The position numbers and the translations under genes were made by a program. Shown in pieces: positions 8,233-17,200 of a stretch of 64,000 nt of DNA. Within the stretch, counting starts at the first letter, position 1. The number at the start of each line of letters is the position of its first letter. The notes under the pieces were generated by a model. The model worked only from the letters and a program-made list of their open reading frames with translations, was not told the DNA's origin and searched no databases. Origin of the DNA: Candidatus Omnitrophota bacterium (GTDB lineage: Bacteria > Omnitrophota > Gorgyraeia > 2-02-FULL-51-18); assembly GCA_016197155.1 (NCBI GenBank), contig JACPWF010000006.1, positions 9,511-73,510 on the forward strand. The letters run 5' to 3'.

Positions 8233-11200
8233 GCCCACGCGGCCGTCTGTTGGAGGGTTCGGAAATACTGCTGGATTTGAGTCCAGGCGGCGCGGAAAAG
8301 CGGCGGCAGGGCCAAGCGTTTGGCGGCGGCGCGGGTGTTTGGGGAAATGTCTCCCGATAAAAATAAATGAAGCGAAAAAGAAAGGTCTGTCCAATCAACC
8401 TCCGGCAGACGGGAGCGATAGAGGCTCACGAAACCGTCCGGAATATTTTTTGGATCGACGCTCGCCGCAAACATGGCCAGCCAAATATCCGCTTCTGAAT
8501 CCAACTCGCCCCGGTCGAGCGGCTTGGCCGGAATAAACGGCAGAGCCTGCGCCGCGGTCCAGCTGTTTATTTCCCCCGGCGTCGCCAGCGCCAACTGCCG
8601 GTACGGTTTGCCGGTAGCGGGATGGATCCGGGCATCTTGGTTAATAACACCTTCCGCCGCGAGCGTCGCCGCCAGGGGCATTTTTAAAATTCTGTCAACG
8701 CCGGTCCCTTCAAAACGGAAAATAAAGTTTTTCGCGGCCGGCAGCCGGGAAATGCGCCTCAGCATCAAAAGTTCATTCAATAAATAAGCCTTGTCCCCCG
8801 GCAAACGTCCCAAGTCAATACTGACCACGCAGGTTTCTTGAGAAACCAGGCCCGAGTCTTTGTATTTTTCAAAGGCGGCACGGACCTTCGCGGTTTCTTC
8901 ATCTCCTCTTTCCAAAATTTCTACCGCGCTCAGCATTTTCCTATCATCCGCCGCCGTCAAACCACGATCCGTTTGCACGCGTTCAATATTCAAATTCGCC
9001 GCCACAATATCCGCCTCGGAATAATGAAACCGCAAAACCGGCCGCATCTCTTCATCAAATAAAATAATATTATTTCCCGACCGTGCCGCAAAACCGGCCC
9101 CATCTCCTATCCGAATCGGATAAGGAATTTTATTCTCCAGCTCATTCAGCCTCACCGGTAAAAAGGCCTGCCTAAGCCGAGCCTTCTCAGACGCATTCAC
9201 GAGTCTGGCCCCCGCCGTCCTCCGAAGCGCGCGCGGCAAAGACTGTCCCTCCGGCAAAAGCGACTCCGGGAATTCGTCATCAACTCCGTCCGGGATCCCT
9301 TCCCTATGAGCCCGCTCCTGCGACTTTATCCGCTTCTCTTCAAATTCACGCCTTAAGGCTTCTCTTCTAAGACTTTCTTTATGACTGTACTGCTTGTGCG
9401 GAAACCTCCGCCGCGCCGCCAGCCTCGCACCGCTCTCAAGTCCTCTTATTTTCGATCGGTCAATCAAAATTTTCGAAATAATCGACTCTATTTCTCCTAC
9501 TTTCTCACTATAGGGTCCTGAGGATTCACCACTTCGCCCGGAATAAACCGTAATGGATAAAAGACTCGCTAAAAGAACCCCCAGACGTTCCGCGCAGTTA
9601 TCCTGGATCGCATATTCTAATAATTCATTAATCTTTGCGAGGGCCTTTTTGGTTTCCGGGTCTAAACGAATATTTGAAATCCTTTTTTCTTGCGCATCAA
9701 GATAGGCAAGTTGCAACGCTGTCTGGTATTCCCCGAACAAAACCAACAACTCGTCCCGGAACGCCTTTTGTAAGGGGTCCGCCGTTCCCGCAGCCCCCAC
9801 ACCCCCTGATTTCTGATTCGCCTCCGATAAACCGGCCAACCGCGCGCCTTTGCCGGTCCGCGGGACGACATGTTTGTGCTTATCCGCGATGCGTTCCATG
9901 CGGTTTAGTTTTATTTTTTTAATTTTGATCATGAGTCTCAATACTGCGTTTGATGCCAACAAAGAATAAATAGCCATCAGCCGTTGCCACACGGCTCCCA
10001 CCCTCCCTGCCTGCCGGCTAGAAAGAGACAACCTCGCGGCGTCCGGCCTGGATTCCGACACCTGTTCTCGATAAAGGGTCTCTAAACAGGTGAACGCCTC
10101 GGGAGACAGTCGGCCTTCATCATGCAGGCGCGTCAGAACGGCAGAGAACGCAGAGGGGTCGGGTCTCTGGTTGGATAATTCTCCCGCCGACCCCGCCACC
10201 AAAGCGTCGGGGGGCAGCCCTTTGACTCCGCCCAGGGCCAGCCGCGCGGCGGTGGTCAAACCCGTTCTTACTATTTGTTCCAACCGACGTTTTCGATAAT
10301 GTGTGGAGGCGCTGTCTGAATCCGGTTCGCCGGAAAATATTTCCTCCAAAATAGACTTCCATCTTTCCAGTTCGATGGGGTCCGTTAACCCCTGCTCCAG
10401 GCGAACCGCCAAAATAGCCGACACGATAGCGGCCTCGACAACCGGCCACCTTTCATCCGAAAACCCTGAAATCGCCGCCAAAATATTTCCCCAGCCGGAA
10501 ACGGCAGGTTTTACAATTTTTTCGATCGTTTCCCGATCTTGCCCGTTAAATTCCGCGGGCGTCCATTTATCTTGATTTCGCTTGGATTTTTTTTCCGTGT
10601 CAGCCGGAACACGGAGATTTAAAATGTGAAATACGAGCGCCGACAGGCGATTCAAAATTCTCTCTGCCTTGCGATGTTTCTCCAATTCTTCCGTCAGTCC
10701 GCGGGCAAGCTCCATTTTTACACTACGGTTTGCGCCGGCCGGATTTTGAACACCTTCCTTGCAAAGCCATCCCGAAAGCCTGTCAAGCGTCAAAAATGCG
10801 ACAGACTCAGGATCTGAGCTTTTTCCGGCTCTTTCTAAAATATCCTCACGCACCCGGCCCAAGCCCGCGTAAGGGGAGGGGACATCCGTAAACCCCGCCA
10901 CGGACATGGACTCAAAAAATTCTGCCAGGAAAGGCCCCGCGACATCACGCTCTGATGAACGGGTGTCGTTGATGGTCTTTTTCAAATAATCCGCAACACT
11001 CTGAACCCAACCCCCATAATTCCCGCCGGGCGCCATTTTCGGCCTAAACAGTCTCAATCTTCCGGTCGCCGTGTCGGCAACACCCAGGAAAACCTCTTCG
11101 TCTCCCCCGAACAGTCGTTTCAGGTGAAACATATCCAAAAAGATATTTTTCAACTGCGTGACGGAAAAAAAGCGGCCGCTCGTCCCGTAAATAAACGCCG

Positions 11201-14200
11201 CGTTCTGGCGCGGTCTATGCCAGGCGGGGACCAGTTCGGGGCGGAAGACGACCTCGTTGGCAAATGCGTGCTCGAGGGCGCCTCCCCCCGCGACAAACTG
11301 GACCGGCGTCCCGTCAGGATTCATGAAAAGAATGCCCACGCTTCCCGTTTTTCGCAAAATCCTCTCGTCGATGCGTACAGGCCCCGCGTCCTTTTCCAGC
11401 TCGCCCGTCATGCGCGGCTCAAGCTCCAGTAAAAGGAAATTCCGCAGAATGTTCTTACGAAAATCCTCCGGCACGGCCTCATCTTTTTTCTGATCGCTTA
11501 TTTTCTCCAGCCCCCAGGCGCAATATTTTAAAAAAGCCGTCCGGTACTCGTTAAAAAATGCGGCATTCCAGACCCGCGGCCACTTTTCCCGGAAATCGGC
11601 CATCCGCTCCGCCCTGCCGGGAGTCTCCCGCAGTTCCGCGAGGATTTTTGCTTTCACGCGCACCACGCCGGAAAGAACCAGGAGCTTCGAAAAAAATTCA
11701 TTGTCCGATTCCGCCGCCTCAGGCTCTGTTCGATCGCGCACAAACTCGGCGGCCGTGTTCCTTGTTTCCTGTATTTCCCGTAAAAATGCGCTCTCCCCCG
11801 GATGAGATTTTAAAAAATCACCGATCACCGCCTCTTGTTCATCGATGATCCGTTTGATATTTTGCGTGACCTGTTCCAAAAAACCGCGCGTCGAAACGGC
11901 TTCCCCTTTGATCCGGTTCGCGTCCATGATCCCGAGGACAAGCTCTACCGTATTCAATTCCCTGCTCACCCTGCCGCGGGGCGTGTGAAACGTGACAAGG
12001 GCTGTGTCGAAAACCGGGAGGTCGCTTGTCCATAAATCAGGCGGCGGAAGCGTTCCCGAATCCGACACGATCGTGACAAGGCCATCCCTCAGGTCAACAA
12101 CGGACCGGCCTGGCCCCACCCTGCCCGACGCAATCTCTTCGGCGGCGTACTGAATGGGCGTCAATAAATCGTCAAACTCCCGCGACCGCGGTTCCGGTCG
12201 GATCGGCGGGGTCTTTTGATGATTCCCGGGGGGCGCGTTTCCGCCGCGTCCGCGCCGCGTCCGCGCGGCGCCGGCACCCGCTAGCCGCGCGCCAAGCACG
12301 CCGCCCGTATCAAGCTCATGCCGGATTTTTTCAAACTCCAGCACGGCCATCGCGAAGGTCCAATTGGACCAGTTAAGCGCGGAGGCCCCGCGCATCCGGA
12401 ATTTGACCCGCCCTCCTTCCTCATAGCGCTCGATTTGTTCGGAAAAAGACTTGCCTTTCGGCGCCAGGTCCCTCAGAAAATTCAGGGTGTCTTGCGCCCT
12501 TTGAAAAAGCGCGCCAACGATTTGCCAGTAACGTTCGTCTCCGGGAAAAATCGTCTTACTCGTATTCACGTCGTGGATTCCCTGATGATTAATAAATTTT
12601 CTAAAGCTCTCCGAATTTATATCTATTTTTCTCTCGTCCAAAATTTTCCGTATCGCCTTCAAATTAAACAAAACCGCCCACAGCGTCGTGATCACCCACG
12701 CGTGCCCGGAGTCGTTGGGCGCTTCCGTGAAAGCCAGTCCGCCGTATTTGTCGCCGGGATAACGCCCCCACAACACCGTGCGCGGGAACCGGACCGTCTG
12801 CTCCGGGGATAAGGCAAATTTTCTGGCGAACACATCATCCAGCTGAACGTAAGTTTCCAGGATCGCGGGATCAAAAAACCCGTGGTACGGCTCCGGCAAA
12901 TTCAGCGTATAGGGAAAGATTGTCTGCGCGTCGAGACGGGTGGGTTTCTCACCATTGGGTCCTTCGAGACGCCCCGAGTTAAACACGTAGCGGTGGGCCA
13001 AAAGATAGTCGGCGGGACGTTCCCAAGTGTCCGGCCGGCCTTTGTAAATCGGCAGGACTTCCCTCTCCAAAAAATCGAGGGGGCCTTGGCCCTGTTCCAA
13101 TTCCGAATAGGGACGCCCCGCAAGCTCGGCCAAGCCATTCAACGCTTCCCGCGAGCGCGCGGCCGATACCATGCGCTTCAGAACACCGTAGTAAAGGATG
13201 TCATTCATGGCGTGCTTCCCGTGAAACTCCTCCCACGCGTCCAAATCGCGCGGGTCATTCTCCGGATCACGACTGCCACGGACGTATAAAATCGAATGGA
13301 GAATATTTTTACGGATCGCCTCGACGGCCCGTTCGAGAAGAAAAAGCGCTTTCCGCTCCCGCTCGGATCCCGCTTCCAATAGACCGTTCTCAAAAAGATC
13401 GAGCATCAGAATCGCCGCGTGGGCGGGTCCGTCGCTCTGGTCGCCCCAATTGGTCTCCGGTTCGGACAGGCCGTCCCATCCCAGTCTTTGGGCATTCAGT
13501 TTGTGAGTGGCCCCGTAACCCTGATAAAGGTAGTCGAGAAATTTATTCAAAATGAGCCGCGCATTTTCGAAAGCGCCCGCGCGCCTGGCCAGAAATGCGG
13601 CAAACTGGCACGCGTCACGCATCCAAGTAAAACCGTACAAAGGGTTGCCTTCCACGGAGCGAGGATCGTCGATCCCGTCGGTCAAATGGGAAGAAGCAAA
13701 AATCGCGCCCGTTTTCATCGCGTCACCCAGGGCATCCGAAAGGGCCGTCACAAACGCCTGTCTAAAATCTTCCCCCACTCCCAACTGCGCGGGCGCGGCT
13801 CTCGCTTCCAGGTTTCTCTCAGAACTCCCGACAAGCCGGTGCCGCCGGTCATCAACCGGCACGTGAATGAGAGCTTTTTGCCTTCCGAAAGGATAAAAAT
13901 ACGTATCCCTCGAGTCTTCCTTTACCCTCGCCCGGACAGTCAATCGATGGGTCCCCGGAACCATGGTGTTATTTTCAAAACGAACCTTGAAAAAAACTGC
14001 TTCCGGAGGAAGTCCTCCGTTACCTGAGCCCACGGAAATAATGTTGGCCGGATAACGCTGTCTTCTGTTGGTGTGGTTGCTTTCAATTTCAATAACAAGA
14101 CTGTCTCTAATTTTCCGCGGGTCAATCACCCCGTCTAAAAACAGAACGCCTTCGACCACCAAAGGTTGGTCCGGTCCTATCAGATAAGGCGTGTGGAATG

Positions 14201-17200
14201 AAGTGACCCTGTCATTATTCACCGAGAGCCAGCCGTCCGTATCGGTTTTTTTCTCATCCACGCGAAAGGGGAGATTCTCCACCGGATTAGCCGTCATTTT
14301 AAAAATATGAACCGTGGGCGAAGCTCTGTGAAAATAGGGCCTGAGGCCTATGCTCAAACCTTCCTTCGCCAACTGCCGCCCCGACCGGTCGTACTGGCGA
14401 AGGGACTGTCCCTCGCCAGGTAAATGGGGGGCCATGTCCCGAAGGCGGTAGTTTTTGTTAGGGTCCGGGCTGAAAAGAGGCTTCACATCAACCGACACAA
14501 AATCTTTCATGCCGTCTTCCCCGGGCTCGCTTTTCAGGGACACGGCATGATTGGAAAGATTGATGCCGACGATGAGAGCCGTTTGTGGATTTGTTTCCCC
14601 CCGATTTTTTATCCCAAAGATCAAAAAAGGTTTTCCTTTTTCCGGATAATGAAGGGAAACCGCTTCAGCCGCACCCAACTCCCTGCCCAATCTTTTTCTC
14701 AAATTGACCAAACGGCAAAGGTAGGCCCTTGTCGAGGCGCTCACATTTTTGAAATAATCATGGTCTGCGATTTGATTCCACTTGGGACCGTCCCCGAGCG
14801 GCCAGACCGCAAAAAGTGTCGCGATCACGCGCGCGGCCTCTTCCCCCTGAATGTCCTGATAGCGCCGCCTCTCGGCGGGTTCGTTGGGACCGGAGATGGG
14901 TCTAAAAACGCCGGAGAGTTCCAAGAAATCCGAGTCCAGATAAACACGAAACCATCTGTCGTAGGTCCCCGCCATCCGCGCGCCCCGTCCCCCTCGTCTC
15001 GGGGAGGCGATCACTTCAAAGGCCGTGTTAGCATGATCCTCGAGAAACGGGTAAGCTGTCTTAAGTTCGGAAAAACGCCTTCGCGCCTCGGTCATCCTCT
15101 CGGCGGGAGACACAAACTTCATCGCCTCGGCCGTCACATGGCGGAGCATGCGTTCAAAAGGCGTCAGATAATATTCGCCGAATTCCTGCACGCGCATGTC
15201 CCATGAATACTTTGAATTAAGCGCGTTCTCAACCACGTGCTTCCATTGATTCGAATTTTTGTAAACTGACAGCGCTTCCGCGATGGCGCCTAAAAACTCC
15301 TCGTGATTGTATCCCTCAAAAATAAAACCGTTGCCTGTCGGGTGACGACCGGCATCATAAACTTGAACGGTGTCCTGCAATCCTCCCGTCTTTCTCACAA
15401 TCGGCACCGTTCCGTAAAGCATCGCGATCGGCGGGGTGAGTCCGAACGGCTCTGTTCTTGAAGGGACAATAAACAGATCACTGCCTGCGTAAATCAGCTT
15501 GTCATTCGAATCCATTTCGTATCCATCCAGATTCACGGGATTCTTGTCCAAACGGTCATCGGAATCGTTCAAATAAAAACGAAATTGCCCGCCGTACCCG
15601 CTTTGCCACAAGTAGTGCGCCAGATTCCTGAAATTTGCCTTTTCATCGCCAAAACCGTTCATGTCGTTGAAAATGATGACCTGCGCCCCGAGGTCCAGAG
15701 TCTTTTGAAGGACATCCCGCACAAGACCCGTTCCTTTTTGCTCAGGATCCAGGCGCGCGATCATGGAAATGATCGGCACGTTCTCATCAACATTCAAATC
15801 AAACCGTCTTTGCAGTTCAGCTTTCGCTAAAGGTTTAATTTTTTCCATTTCTCTAACCGTTTCAAACCCGCGGTAAGCGCCGGACCCATTCCCGTTCCCC
15901 TTATCCAACCCATTGGCAATCGGATGCCAGGCCCCTTCATCGTGTCGCCTTTTGGCAATCTCATCCAAACCCCCTGTCGGAACAAGGTTTCCCATAATTT
16001 CATCGCCGTAACCCTTGCTGACCGCGTCCACCCCGTCGGCGAGCGCGATCGCCGCGCGCGTCAGATTGAATCCGCCGCGCAGGGCAAAATCGCGCGCGTA
16101 CTGCGTCGGATCCGAAAGCGTCAAACCGAGAATATCGAACCATTCATCCGGAAACTGGCCCTGATAAGTGGGTCCGGCGTTGTGGATCCTGTAAAAATAC
16201 TTGGCGCGGGAGAGAGGATCGTTTAAATCATTTCGTGGATCGAGATACCAGCCGGCATGCTCCATCCTCCCCAGAATAGGAACGAGCGCCGTCAGCCAGT
16301 CGTTGGCGTGAATCACGTCCGGCTTGGGCATGAGCCCTCCGCGAACCAACTCGGGAATCACCTTCATCACACTGCGCGAGAAAAAGACAGCCTGCCGGAG
16401 CGAAGTGTCGTTGTAGGTGGTGTCATAAAGATGATGAGTGTAGTCGAGCGCCTGATTCGTGGCGCCAAGAAGCCAGTAATAAACGCCGTTGACCATCGCC
16501 TGTCTCACCGCGCCGGGAACCTGGACGCCCGCGACAGGCGCGGAGTATTCGATGTCCGTTGGCCGCACATCAAAATCTCCTGATTTTCCGTTGGACGAAT
16601 GTCTATAATCCGGCATAAAAAGCGAAACAAACCCATCTTCCAAACCTAGACGCGCCAGCGCGGCCGCCTGCTCGGCGGCCGAGTCGCCGAGACCGCCTCT
16701 CTTGGCAAACGGCCTCGCCTCCGGAGTGACTAACACAATGTGCGGAGGATAACCCTTCCACGATACCGGTTTCACCCGTCCGGCCATCCGCGCACCGGCC
16801 GGCTGCACGCGGCGGCGATACTTTGGATCTCGCAAAAAGCGGAGCGCGCCTTTTTTAAACGTCCACTCAATCCCCCCATCTTTTCGTTTCCCCGTTATTG
16901 TTCCTTCGCGGATACCTTTTTTCACGATCAGGCCCCATAGCCCACGGTTGAAGGACTGTATTTCGTGGTTAAAAATGTTTACGCGAATGGCCTCCTCGCC
17001 GCCCGCGGATGACTGAAGCAGTGAATCCCAGCGGCGGAGCTGTCCGATGACCCGATCATTTTTCTCTGCTTGGATTTTCCGCCGCGGGATCCGCCTGACG
17101 CCGACACGCCTGAAGTGCCGCAAAACGGCCCGGTAGCCCACCGCTTCCAAATCAATCAGCTTGCCGGCCAGATCCACGATTTCAGCTTCAGAACCCCCTC

